A DNA stretch of 63,666 nucleotides, filler included, from Chiloscyllium plagiosum (taxonomy: Eukaryota), in assembly GCF_004010195.1 (NCBI RefSeq). It is 4 parts of one record of this genome, joined end to end, with 100 filler letters (N's around TTAATTAATTAA, not from the genome) between each part and the next. Parts side by side here need not be neighbours in the genome. Positions count along the whole stretch, not along the records: positions 13,605 to 31,450 come from NC_057712.1; 3 more parts are not named here. The stretch is one strand, 5' to 3'. A program made the position numbers and the translations under genes. Shown in pieces: positions 13,505 to 25,800 of the stretch. Position 1 is the first letter of the stretch. Every line of letters begins with the position of its first letter. The notes below the pieces were generated by a model. That model saw nothing but the letters and a program-made list of their open reading frames with translations, was not told the DNA's origin and made no database searches.

Positions 13505-13604
13505 NNNNNNNNNNNNNNNNNNNNNNNNNNNNNNNNNNNNNNNNNNNNTTAATTAATTAANNNNNNNNNNNNNNNNNNNNNNNNNNNNNNNNNNNNNNNN
13601 NNNN
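13505..13604. other. Artificial scaffold linker N44-TTAATTAATTAA-N44 (also 31451-31550 and 60734-60833)
   Basis: Three identical 100-bp blocks with a six-frame-stop 12-mer in the middle. Ordinary N-gaps at 20644-21050, 50128-50628, 52170-52451 and 57021-57174. Confidence 0.95.
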
Positions 13605-13852
13605 CCTGCAATCTTCTTCCTGACCTCTCCGCCCCCATCCCACTCCGGCCTATCACCCTCACCTTGACCTCCCTCCACCTATCACATTTCCAATGCCCCT
13701 CCCCCAAGTCCCTCCTCCCTACCTTTTATCTTAGCCTGCTGGACACATTTTCCTCATTCCTGAAGAAGGGCTTATGCCCGAAACATCGATTCTCCTGTTC
13801 CTTGGATGCTGCCTGACCTGCTGAGCTTTTCCAGCAACACATTTTCAGCGCT
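13605..13852 (+). mobile_element. PLE family A terminal region with hammerhead motif
   Basis: CTGAAGAAGGGCTTATGCCCGAAACATC starting at 13760, followed by the family A tail. Confidence 0.8.
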
Positions 13853-14419
13853 GACAGTTAAATGTCAAGTTTTGTTTAATTTATAAACCAGACAGATTTG
13901 GTTGATTTATTTCTCATGGCAATCACCTATATGTGCACATATTCTTTTTGTCTACAAATTAGAGTCCTACATATTAATCTATGTGGTTTCCAGTACACTG
14001 CAAGTACAACAATCCTAAATTGGTTGTCCATGTAATTATTTGCACACTTAGGGTTATTAAGCAAGTGCTGTTCAATAGAAAGTCATGAAGGAACATGGAT
14101 AGGGTGAATAGCCAAGGTCTTTTCCCAAGGTAGGGGAATTCAAAATTCGAGGGCATAAGTTTAAGGTGAAAAGGGAAAGATAGCAAAGATATTATCTCGG
14201 GACTATTAATAAGGGGCAACATTTTCACGCAGAGGCTGCATGTATGGAACAAGTCTCTCAACTGAAAAAAAGATGTCCTGAACTCATTCCACAAATTTGA
14301 ACATTGCACTCAGACAGATTAGTGGCTACTCTAGTCAATGGTGATTGGTTGTCCACTCATTGCACAGTGCAGATACAACATTTTTAGACTGGATGAGGCA
14401 CTCAGGCAGCTGTACTCAC

Positions 14420-14451
14420 CATTGTGGACTGTCCATCCTGCACCCTTATAA
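14420..14451 (-). CDS. MRPS18A: MRPS18A coding exon 2 (32 nt)
   Basis: Minus strand TTCTCTTTCCTTTGCAG|TTATAAGGGTGCAGGATGGACAGTCCACAATG|GTGAGT: strong polypyrimidine acceptor and canonical donor; phase 1 fits exon 1; encodes (I)IRVQDGQSTM. Confidence 0.8.
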
Positions 14452-15144
14452 CTGCAAAGGAAAGAGAATTCATTATTTGAAAACCAATATCTACTGTGTG
14501 ATATCATAATCTTCAGGCTTATTAAGGAACTGTTAACGGCAAAGTAAATCAGATGCACATTTCCAAGGCAAAAGTCCATCTCTTCACCACGGTCTTATAT
14601 TTTAAGATGAAGTGAAATTAAACACACAAGCTCTCCAGATGAAATGTCAACTGAAACATTAAGAAAAACTTTCAAAGCATCTTTTGTCACAATGACACAT
14701 TCCCTTAAACTTATCAACTTGATCTTCTTATCCGTTCCTTTCTGGCATTCAAGTTTTGTGTTAAGCCATAACTGTCTCTCATTTCTGATGGTTGGACTAC
14801 TCTTAACCCTGCCGAAAGCAGAAAAGAAACAGGTCATGTGGCCCAACTGAGAGCCTCTTCCCACCCCGTGTCACCCAACCTGATCGCACTTCTTTCTGTT
14901 CCTCTCTCATTCATGCTTTTCTTTTAATTGTGCAACCATTTCCTACGAACATACGAAGTAGTAGGAGGAATTCGGCTGTTTCAGCATACTCCACCATTCA
15001 ATAATCATGACTGAATTTCTGTGTTTCAAATTCCACATTCCCATCTATCCCTGATAACCTTATTATGCAAGGGGGAATCAATCTACGTCAGCTTTAAAAG
15101 TATTCAATGACCCCACTTCCACTGGCTTCTCTGGTTAACTAGAC

Positions 15145-16340
15145 ATAGAAACATGGAAGATAGTTTAAGCCTGCTCCGCCATTCACCACCATCATGGCTG
15201 ATCATCCAACTCAACAGCCTAAACCTACCTTCTCCCAATAACCTTTGCTCACATTCGCCCCAAGTGCTATATCTAGTCGCCTCTTGAATACATTCAATGT
15301 TTTGGCATGAGCTACTTCCTGTGGTAATGAATTCCACAGACTCTCCACTCTTTGGGTGAAGAAATGTCTCATCTCAGTCCTAAATTGGTCTATCCCGAAT
15401 CCTCAGACTGTGATTCCTGGTTCTGGACACACCCACTATCAGGAACATCCTCCCTGCATCTACCCTGTTAGAATTTTGAGTCTCTGAGATCCCCCCCCAC
15501 CATCTCACTCATCTGAACTCCAGTGAAAACAACCCTACCTAGTCAATCTCTCTTCATATGTCAGACCCGCCATCCCTGGAATCAGTCTGGTTAACCTTCG
15601 CTGCACTCCCTCGCGAGTAAGAGGATCCTTCCTCAGAAAAGGAGACCAAAACTGCACACAATATTCTACGTGTGGCCTCACCAAGGCCATGTATAATTAC
15701 AACAACGCGTCCCTTCTCCTGTACTCGAAACCTCTTGCAATGAAGGCCAACATCCCATTTGCCTTCTTTCCCACCTGCTGCACCTGCATGCTTACCTTCA
15801 CCAACTGGTGCACAAGGACACCCAGGTCCCACTGCACATTCCCCTCTCCCTATTTACAGCCATTCCGGTTGTAAACTGCCTTCTTGTTTTTGCTTCCAAA
15901 GGGAATTACCTCACATTTATCCAAATTATACTGCACCTGCCAATGATTTGTCCACTCACCCAACCTGTCCAGATCAAGCTGAAGGATCTCTGCATCCTCA
16001 TCACAGTTCACCCTGCTACCCAAATTGATGTCAAATGCAAACTCTGAGATGTTACATTTTGTTCCCTCATCCAAATCAGTAATATATATTGTAAATAGCT
16101 GGGGTCCCAGCACCAATCCCTGTGGCACCCCACTAGTGGTGTCTGCCAATTTGAAAAGGACCCATTAATTCCTACTCTGTTTCCTCTCTGCCAACCAGTT
16201 TTCTATCCTTCTCAATACACTTCCCCCAATCTATGCGCTTTAATCTTGCACAATAATCTCTTATGCAGGACTTTCTCAAACACTGTCTGAAAGTCCAAAT
16301 ATACCATATCAACTGACTCTCCCTTTTCAACTCTACTAGT
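15145..16340 (-). mobile_element. CR1 LINE, RT region to 3' end
   Basis: ORF 15850..16149 SGVPQGLVLGPQLFTIYITDLD...LQLDLDRLGEW; ATAGAAACAT-type tail at ~15146. Confidence 0.9.
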
Positions 16341-16349
16341 TGCACGTTA

Positions 16350-19210
16350 AAGACTGCATCAAACTAAAAGATGAGAGAAAGTTAGCCAGAAACAAAGATA
16401 GACAGTAAGAGCTTCTCTAAATATTTAGAGGAGCTAATACAGTGAGCTTTGGCAAGAGTGTTAGTAAGAGTGACTGGAGAATAAATAATGAAAATAAGGA
16501 AATGACAGATGACTGAACTCATATCTTGCATCAGTCTACAGGACACAAATAACATCCTGGAAGCAGCAATACATTGTGAAATGGAAGAGAGAAAGCACTC
16601 AGGGACATCAGAATCACTCGGGAAGTAGTACTGAGCTGCAGGCTGACAAAGGCCTAGATCCTGATGGACTTTCTATGGCTAAAAGTAGCTACTGAGATGA
16701 TTAAAACATTGTTGAACCTTTGATGCAGGAGCAATCCAATTAGAATGGAAAATGGCAAGTGTAATCGCCTCATCCAAAAAAGATAACAAAAGGCAGGAGA
16801 CTACAGGACAGTTAGCTTAACATCTGTTATGGTGGGCATGTCAGAATCTATTAGTAGAGTAGCTTTAGTAGGGTTTTTGTATAGCTTCAAGGTAGAGTCA
16901 ACATGGTGTGGTGAAAGGGAAATCATAACTAAGTAATTGGGAGTCCCTTGGGACATATCATGCTGTGGGTGAAGTGTAACCAGTTGATGTGCAGTAATTA
17001 GATTTACAAAAAGTGTTTGATAAAGTGTCATATAAAAAAATTAAAAATCAAAGTTCATGGTGTGCGGGAGGGGGATAGGCTATTGGCATGGAAAGAAGAT
17101 TGGCTAGTTAACAGGAAGCAGAGAGTAGGCATCAATGGGTCTTTTCATGGTGTAATAAGCAGTGTGCCTCAAGGATCAGTGCTGGGACCTCAAATGTTTA
17201 TAATTTATATAAGTTACAACATTGAAAAGACATTTAGACAGGTACACGACTAGGAAAGGCTTAGAGAGATATGGGCCAAAAGCAGTCAAGTGGGACTAGT
17301 TTAGCTTGGGAAACATGGTCGGCTTGGGCGGTCTGTTTCCGGGCTGTATGTCTCCATGACTCTATAAATGATCTAGTTGAAGGGACGGGGAACGCTATGG
17401 TGGCGCAGTGGTAGTGTCCCTACTTATGACACGAGGCCTGCAATCAAATCGCAACTGCGTCATAGGTATGTAATATCTATGAACAGTTCGATTAGGAAAT
17501 ACCTACATGAACGGACAGAAGTTATGGTTGTCAAATTTGCTGACTAAGATATGAACAGAACATGAGATGAAAAGATACAAATCGGTTAAGTGAATGAAAT
17601 GAGCAAAAATGTGACAAATTGAATATAATGTGGGAAGTGCAAAAATACCCCTTTTGGCAGGTAAAATAAAAAAACTAATTTCCTAAGTGGTGAGAGATTG
17701 CAGAACTAAAATACAGAAGGATCTGTTTTCATACAGGAATCACAAGGTTAGTGTTCAGGTACAAAAAGTAATGCGGAAAGCTAATAGAATGCTATAGTTT
17801 ATCAGAAGGGAATTGGATTCAAAACCAGGGAGGTTTCACTTCATTTATACAGAGTGAGCCTGCCTCTGGAGAACAGTGCATAATATTAGTCACCTGCATC
17901 GTTTAAGGAAGGATATAAGTATGTTGGCAGCCAGCCAGCAGTTTACTGCAGTAGGTTGGTTGTCTCATGAGCAAAGCTTGAATTGAGGATGATCTCACTG
18001 AATGGCAGAGCAGACTCAATGAGTCTAGATGGCTGAGGAGGACAGCCTTAGATTACAAAAGTTGGTATGGATGGGCTGATCACTGGCAAATGGAATTTAA
18101 TCCAGATAAATGAGGTGATGCATTTGGGCAAGTCAAACAAGGGTAAGGGAATACATACTAAACAGTACAATCCTAAGCACCAAGGATGAGAGGAATCTTG
18201 ATGTGTATGTACACCAGTTCTTAACCACTTTATCTACCTGACCTGATAACGTTAAGGCTGCATATAGTATGCTTGCCTTTATTAGTTGAGGTATGAAGTT
18301 TAAGAGCAGAAAGGTTAGCTGAAACTATACAAATTACCAGTAAGGCCAGTGTGCAGTACTGGAATCCACATAATAGGAGAGATGTGATAGAACTAGAGAT
18401 GGTGCAGAGGAGATTTACCAGGATGCTGCCCAGGCTGGAGAGTTTCAGTTATGAAGAAAGAGTGGACAGACTGGGGTTGTTGTTTATACAGCAGATGAGA
18501 TTGAGAAGGGACATGACTGAGATGTATAAAATTGAAATAGGCATAGATAGGATAGACAGGAACAAACATTTCTCTTGATGGAGGGATTAATGATCGGATG
18601 TGGGGGGGGCATAGATTTAAGGTAAAGGACAGGAGGATTACAGGGGATGAGGGGAAAATCTTTTCACCCAGAGGCTGGTGAGAAGCTAGAACTCTCTGCA
18701 TATATGGGTGGTACAGGCAGAAAACCCTCACAACATTTAAGAGGTATTTAGATGTGCATTTGCAATACCAAGGCATACAAGACCTCATTGGAACTAACAA
18801 AATACTGAGAGGTCTGGACAGAGTGAGAGACAACCCTTCAGAACTGAACTGAGCTGAGCATGAATTTTGACAGGTGGGAGGTGGTGAATCTGTGGAACTC
18901 GTTGCCATAGAAGGTTGTTGAGGTCAAGTCATTAAATGTCTTTAAGACAGAAATAGATAGGCTCTTAATTGGTAAGGATTATGGGGAGAAGGCAGGAGAA
19001 TGGAGTTGAGAAATATATTAGCCATGTTCAAATGGTGGAGGTGGCTCAACAGACCCAATAGCTTAATTCTGCTCCTATATTTTATGGACCTATGGTCTAA
19101 GACTATGGACCAAGTGCTGGAAATTGGAAATAGAATATTTAGGTGGTTGTTTCTGACCGGTGCAGGCTGATGGGCCAAAGGGCTATGTTCTGTGCAGTAG
19201 ATCTTTATGA
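16350..19210 (+). mobile_element. Stack of old, nested CR1 LINE fragments
   Basis: ORFs 17017..17253 (WLVNRKQRVGING...VPQGSVLGP) and 18351..18578 (LEMVQRRFTRMLP); several separate 3' UTRs. Confidence 0.75.
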
Positions 19211-19964
19211 TTCTTCCTGGAAAGGTGGTGGAAGCAGAGGCCTTGAATATTTTCAATAGGTCAGTAGATTCTTGTTTAGGGGGTGAAAGGTTATAAGGAC
19301 AGGTGAAAATGTGGATTTGAGGTTACAAATAAAATAGCCATAATCTTAGTGAATGGCCACCTTCTGCTCCGAATTTGTATGGTCACATACAGGTACAGAA
19401 CATTCTAAAGTCTTCTAACTCAGAGGAAACATTCTCTTCTCAGTCCTCAAGGACAATCCCTAATTTTAAAACAATGTTTTCTAGCTCTGGACTTAAGTAC
19501 AAGGATGAAAATCCTTCCCACATCCACCTTGTCTAGATCATTCAGTATCTTCGATATTTCCAACAAGACAACTCTCCCATAGCTAAATTCCTTTGGAAAC
19601 AAGCCAGTCTATTCTCAGAAGACAATTCGCTCCTTCCAGGTGTCAATCTGGCAAACCTCCTCCATTCCACAGATACAGTGAACGATCAGTTAAAACATTT
19701 ATTCGCTTTTTCAATCCAGGCGCAGACCTCCTAGGCCAGCCTGAGCTGCAGCTTCATCCAAAACCTGAATTCACTGCTAAGACCGACATCGGCTTACCAA
19801 TCAGCACAGAGACCATCAGGGTAGTGCATCGCCCCAAGGCTTAGAGGAAACATTAGGTTTACCATGTTGCTTCTTGTGGGAGGCAGCTGAACCCTAAATG
19901 GCTGCTGCATTTCCTACATCACAACAAACACGACCCTTCAAAAAGCAATTCAAAAGCAGAACAC

Positions 19965-20570
19965 GGAGTATAGGAGTTGGGATGCAACGCTGCAATGGTT
20001 CAGGCTATTGGTGGGGTCACTTTTGGAATACTGCGTGCAATTCTGGTCTCTCTGCCAAAGGAAGGATGTTATGAAACTTGAGAAGGTGCAAAAAGATTTA
20101 CAAGGATGTTGCCAGCACGAGAGGGTTTGAACTATGGGGAGAAGCTAAATAGGCTAAGGCAATTTTCACTGGAGCGTGGGAGACCAGAGGTATACCCTTA
20201 GAGGTTTATGAAATCAAGAGGAGTATGGATAGGGTGAGTAGCTCAGGTCTTTTCCCTGGAATGGGGGAGTCCAAAACCAGAGAGCATAGGTTAAAGGTAA
20301 GAGGGGAAAGTTTTCAAAGGGATTTTTGGGGTAATTTTTTCACACAGAGGGTGATGTGTGTATGGAACGAGCTGCCAAAGGAAGTAGTGGAGGTTGGTAC
20401 AATTACAGCATTTAAAACGCTCACTACATTTAAAAGGATGGATATATGAATAGAAAGGGTTTAGAGGGATATGGGACAAACGCTGGCAAATGGGAGTAGA
20501 TTTATTTAGGATTCTGGTCAGCATGAACGAGTTAGATCGATGGGTCTGTTTACATGCTGTACATTTCTGT
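19965..20570 (+). mobile_element. CR1 LINE 3' fragment
   Basis: ORF 20225..20449 GNFFTQRVMCVWNELPKEVVEVGTI. Confidence 0.85.
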
Positions 20571-21098
20571 GTCAACCAAAGGGGCGGAATGGCCTGGACA
20601 GTGGATGTTGAGAAAATGTTTCCAGTGATGGGGGGATGGGGGTNNNNNNNNNNNNNNNNNNNNNNNNNNNNNNNNNNNNNNNNNNNNNNNNNNNNNNNNN
20701 NNNNNNNNNNNNNNNNNNNNNNNNNNNNNNNNNNNNNNNNNNNNNNNNNNNNNNNNNNNNNNNNNNNNNNNNNNNNNNNNNNNNNNNNNNNNNNNNNNNN
20801 NNNNNNNNNNNNNNNNNNNNNNNNNNNNNNNNNNNNNNNNNNNNNNNNNNNNNNNNNNNNNNNNNNNNNNNNNNNNNNNNNNNNNNNNNNNNNNNNNNNN
20901 NNNNNNNNNNNNNNNNNNNNNNNNNNNNNNNNNNNNNNNNNNNNNNNNNNNNNNNNNNNNNNNNNNNNNNNNNNNNNNNNNNNNNNNNNNNNNNNNNNNN
21001 NNNNNNNNNNNNNNNNNNNNNNNNNNNNNNNNNNNNNNNNNNNNNNNNNNGGTGGGAGGGGGAGGGGGAGGGGAGGGGGGGGCGTGTGAGTGACTCAC

Positions 21099-21264
21099 TT
21101 TCCCTCAGGCCTCGGGCCTGCACGGCCACCAGCCCCGCCGGAGCCGGCCTGAGCTCCAGCCGCCTTCCACCCACCAAGTCCGGTAATAGGCGCCGTCCGC
21201 ACAGCCAGAAAGATGAAGCGTGAAGGGTCCGGCAAACCGACATCAATCCCGGCGCCGCCGCCAT
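21099..21264 (-). CDS. MRPS18A: Mitochondrial ribosomal protein S18A (mL66), coding exon 1
   Basis: ATG in AAGATGGCGGC context at 21264; 55 codons + 1 nt (MAAAPGLMSVCRTLHASSFWLCGRRLL...QARGLRE), Arg/Leu-rich like a mitochondrial presequence; ends at a canonical donor A|GTGAGT. Spliced to exon 2 it reads ARGLREIIRVQDGQSTM, matching human MRPS18A ARGFREVVETQEGKTTI (recalled from memory, not searched). Confidence 0.85.
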
Positions 21265-21335
21265 CTTCCAACCCCGGGGCGGGGGGAGTGAACCGCTGGG
21301 CACTTCCGGTTCCGGTTCGAGCTGTCAATCAATCC
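21257..21335 (-). promoter_or_regulatory. MRPS18A housekeeping-type promoter/5' UTR
   Basis: CpG-rich patch. YY1 motif AAGATGGCGGC over the ATG (21257-21267), ETS/GABPA CCGGAAGTG (21301-21309), PBX-PREP decamer TGATTGACAG (21322-21331), all read on the minus strand. Confidence 0.7.
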
Positions 21336-21614
21336 CAGCTCCTCTTGTCATCTCCAGCAGCTGTGCAGCCACAGAGTTGTACAAACTTTCAATAATCACC
21401 TCTCTCAAAAGGTCACATTTCTTAACTTCAAAATTAGTTGCAATAAACCTTGCTTTCCGTTGCTGAAATAATGAAACATGCCAAACCACAAGAGTCCCAA
21501 ATTACTTTGTAATCTGTTTATTCACTGGTCATTAAATCCAACATTGTGTGGAAAAAGAATTTTCAACTTTTATTTATTTCCTCCTTCTTAATGCATTCAA
21601 TCTGCTCAGAACCA

Positions 21615-22944
21615 TTTTTTTTGGCCCTGTGCCTGTGAAGGCTCATGCAGCATGTCTCAATGACTACTGCCCAGTGGCTCTAACTTTGGTGGTCATGGCG
21701 TGCTTTGAAAGGCTGTTCATGGCATTAATCAACTCCAGCCTCCCCACTACTCTTGACCCACTCCAATTTGCCTATCGGACCAACAAATCCATGTCAGATG
21801 CCATATCACTTGCCCTTCACTCCTCCCTAGAACACCTTGCCACCAAGAACAGCTACATAAGAATCCTACTCGTTGACTACAGTTCTGCCTTCAACACTAT
21901 TATCCCCTCGAGACTGATTACTAAACTTAGTGATCTCAGACTAAGCTGCACTCTCTGCAACTGGATTCTCAGTTTTCTGACCATCAGGCCACAATCAGTG
22001 AAGATTGGGAACAATATTTCATCCTCACTAACACTCAACATCGGAGCCCCCCTGGGTGTGTACTCAGCCCCCTTCTGTACTCACTGTATACCCATGACTG
22101 CGTCACCAAATACCAGACTAATGCCATTTATAAGTTCACTGATGACACCACCATAGTCGGTCGAATCTCAGATGGCGACAAAACAGACTACAGACGAGAG
22201 GTGGAAGTCCTGTAAAAATGGTGCACTGAGAACAACCTAGCTCTCAATGCAGGCAATACCAAAGAACTCATTATTGACTTTCAGTGGAATGTTATTCATG
22301 CCCCCCTACACATTAACCGCGAGTGGAGAGTGTCAAGTGGCCATCCACAACAAGCTTTCGTGGACTGTTCATGTGGACACACTGGTAACAAAGGCCCAAC
22401 AACGTCTCTTCTTCCTCAGGCAGGTGAGGAAATTTGGCATGACTGTGAATACCCTTACCAACTTTTATATGTGCACCATCGAGGGCATTCTGTTTGGACG
22501 TATCACTACCTGGTATGGTAACTGTACCATTCAAGATCGGAGACAGTTACAGAGAGTGGTGAACTCGGCCCTGACAATCACAAAGGCCAACCTCCCATCT
22601 ACAGAATTCATCTACCAGACCCGCTGTCAAAGAAAGGCCGCCAGCATTCTCAAAGATCCATCCCACCCTGGCAATGTTTATCTACAACCTCTAACATCAG
22701 GAAGAAGGTACAGAAGCCTGAACACATGCACCAGCCGGTTTCAAAACAGTTTCTACCCTATTGTTGTTAGAATACTGAATGGACTCACAAACGCATAGCA
22801 TTCGCCTGTACCTGTGTTTTTGTTTTGCCGCTGTTTACCTATTATTTACTTATCTATGCTACTTAACTCTGTGATCTGCCTGTATTTCTCGCAAGACAAA
22901 GCTTATCCCTGTGCCTCGGTACACGTGACAATAAATTCAATTCA
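21615..22944 (+). mobile_element. Rex1/Babar-clade LINE, 5'-truncated
   Basis: [46 protein letters not shown] and KAQQRLFFLRQVRKFG are Rex1-type RT motifs; tail CACGTGACAATAAATTCAATTCA. Related 3' fragments on the minus strand at ~24540-24680, ~25800-26220, ~51680-51825 and ~59240-59465. Confidence 0.85.
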
Positions 22945-22963
22945 GTTGGGAAGTGCGTCAAAG

Positions 22964-23019
22964 CAGGAGTCCCCTGAAAAGAAATAAAGGACAGGAGTCC
23001 CCTGAAAAGAAATAAAGGA
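22964..23019. repeat. Perfect 28-bp tandem duplication
   Basis: CAGGAGTCCCCTGAAAAGAAATAAAGGA x2. Confidence 0.9.
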
Positions 23020-23869
23020 ATTAGCATTTTGTGTACGGTCTTTAAAAAACTGGATTATGTGAAGATGCTGAGGAATTCCAATTGTATCAATTGTGTAGGT
23101 TTGCAATGCAAATATTTCAAGTTCTGCTAAAATCAGAAAACATTTTATGCAACAATTTATACAGGCTATAAACCTATCAGCACAATAATTTACACCAAAT
23201 GCATACCTGGATGTTGCTTATATGTAAGATCAACTTTTATTTATTCACCATCTTTACTACAATAAAACATCTCAAGATGCTCCACAGGAGTGTTATCAAT
23301 TAAAAGGTAATGTGTCGTACTTTAGTAAGTATTTGAACAGATGGCTGAAAGTTTGATCAAAGAGATTGGTTTTAAGGAGGCAAGATAGAAGGGGAGCTTT
23401 AGGGAGGGAATTTCAGAGCTAAGAGCTTAGGAGCAGGAGTAGATCATTTGGTCCTTCAAAACTGCTCCACCAAAAAGAAATCTCAACCAAAATGATTCTG
23501 GTCCCATTGCATTTTCCTGTCTGCATCCTTGACTCCCTAGTCTAGCAAAAGTCTGCAGAACTCAGCATAAATAAATTCAATGACCCAACCTCCACTGCTG
23601 ACTGGGGAAGAGAATTCCACCTGCAACAATGGTGTTAGAGAATTAAAATTCCTCTCAAATCTGTATTAAAAGAGAGATCTTAAACTGCGTCAACCACTTC
23701 TAGTAACATCTATAAAAGGAAACATCCTCTGAGCGTTTACTCTATCAAGTCACCTCAGGGTCTTATAGGCTTCAATTAGATCACCTCACATTCTTCTAAA
23801 TGCCAATTGATTTAGATAGAAATAGTGTACAAGGGTATGAGGAAACAGCAAGATTTTGGTAGAATGAAA

Positions 23870-24330
23870 GAGTTATACGGCATGGAAACTGACCCTTCGG
23901 TCCAACGAGTCCATGCCAAACTAAACTAGTCCCACCTGCCTGCTCCTGGCCCATATCCCTCCAAAGCTTTCCTATTGATGGACTTATCCAAATGTCTTTG
24001 AAACATTGTAATTATACCCGCATCCACCACTTCTTCATGAGGTTCACGAACCACCCGCTATGTAAAAAAGTTGCCCTATTTTGAAAACTCTTAAAAATGT
24101 GCCCCTAGTCTTGAAATACCCCTTCCTAGGGAAAAGATGACTATTATTAACTGTATCCATGCCCTCATTATTTTATAAACTTCTATAACCTCCTACACTC
24201 CAGTGAAAGTCCCAGTCCATCCAGCCTTTCTTTATAACTCAAACCTTCCATACCCGGCAACATCCTGGTAAATTTCATCTGTACCCTTTCCATCTTAATA
24301 ATATCCTTCCTATAACTGGGCGACCAGACA
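23870..24330 (-). mobile_element. CR1 LINE 3' fragment
   Basis: Reverse complement of the CR1 3' region seen at 11755-12345. Confidence 0.8.
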
Positions 24331-24540
24331 GGGCAATGATGGATAATACAAGGCAACAATGTTCTTTGAAGAGCTGAAACAGAATAGACCGAATGGCCTC
24401 CTTCTGTTCTGTAAACTTGTGTGATTTGGGTTATGGTTCATTCAGCACGCTCTTCACGCTAAATATGAAGAATCCAAAACTGAGGATACCAAAAAGGCCA
24501 AAGTTTGGGGAGTGCAGATACTTTATTGTCAACCTCACTA

Positions 24541-24580
24541 TTGATTTGATCTGATTTGATTTGATTTGATTTGATTTATT
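24541..24580. repeat. (ATTTG)n microsatellite, tail of a minus-strand Rex1-like fragment
   Basis: TTGATTTGATCTGATTTGATTTGATTTGATTTGATTTATT. Confidence 0.8.
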
Positions 24581-24679
24581 ATTGTCACATGCACCTAGAT
24601 ACAGCGAAACATTTTGTTTTGTGTACAGTACAGGCAGGTCATACCATAGAATGGGCATTAGGGTAATAGAGCATAAAAC

Positions 24680-25800
24680 CATAAGAAGACCATAGAAAAA
24701 GGAGTGGAAGTCAGGTCATTTGGCTCATTTCAGCTCCACTTACCCGCACTCTCCCCGTAGCCCTTATGTCCTTGCGGGATCAAGAATTTATCAATCTCTG
24801 CCTTGAAGACATTTAATGTCCCGGCCTCCACTGCGTTCCGTGCATTGAATTCCACAGGCCCACCACTCTCTGGCTGAAGAAATCTCTCCTCAGTTCCGTT
24901 CTAAATTGACCCCCTCTAATTCTAAGGATGTACCCACGGGTCCTAGTCTCCCTGCTTAATGGAAACAACTTCCCAGCATCCACCCTTTCTAAGCCATCTT
25001 GTATTATCTTGTAAGTTTCTATTAGATCTCCCCTCAACCTTCTAAACTCTAATGAGTACAATCCCAGGATCCTCAGCTGTTCATCGTATGTTTGTCCGAC
25101 TATTCCAGGGATCATCCATGTGAATCTCTACTGGACACGCTTCAATGCCAGTATGTCCTTCCTGAGGTATGGGGCCCAAAACTGGACACAGTATTCTAAA
25201 TGGGGCCTAACCAGAGCCTTATAAAGTCTCAGTAGCACATCACTGCTTTTACATTCCAACCCTCTTGAGATAAATGACAGCATTACATTTGTTTTCGTAA
25301 CCACGGACTCAACCTGCAAGTTAACCTTTAGAGAATCTTGCACTAGCACTCCCAGATCCCTTTGTACTTTGACTTTAAGAAATTTCTCACCATTTATAAA
25401 ATAGTCCATGCCTGTGTTCTTTTTTCCAAAGTGCAAGACCTCACATTTGCTCACATTGAATTTCATCAGCCATTTCCTGGACCATTCTCCTAAATCTTTA
25501 GAACAAAGAACAATACAGCACAGAACAGGCCCTTCGGCCCACGATGTTGTGCCAAACTTTCTGTAGCCTCACCAGCTTCTCAGAACTACCTGCCTGTCCA
25601 GCTAACTTCGTATCATCGGCGGACTTCGCCAGAATGCTCCCAGTTTCTTCATCCAGATCACTAACATATAAAGTGAACAGCTGCGGCCCCAACACTGAAT
25701 CCTGCGGGACGCCACTTGTCACCAGCTGCCATTCTGAAAAAGAACCTTTTATCCCAACTCTCTGCCTTCTGTCAGACAGCCAATCCTCAATCCATGCCAG
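24680..25800 (-). mobile_element. CR1 LINE, RT region to 3' end
   Basis: ORFs 25498..25881, 25128..25466 and 24813..25115 (GVPQDSVLGP, ADDTKL, LVRPHLEYCVQFW, RRLRGDLIETYK). Confidence 0.9.

Noticed and set aside
20490..21303. Long ORFs containing X runs (also 50033-50974, 51945-52691, 56846-57226)
   Set aside because: Open only because of N-gaps. Only the MRPS18A exon 1 part of 20572..21303 is real.
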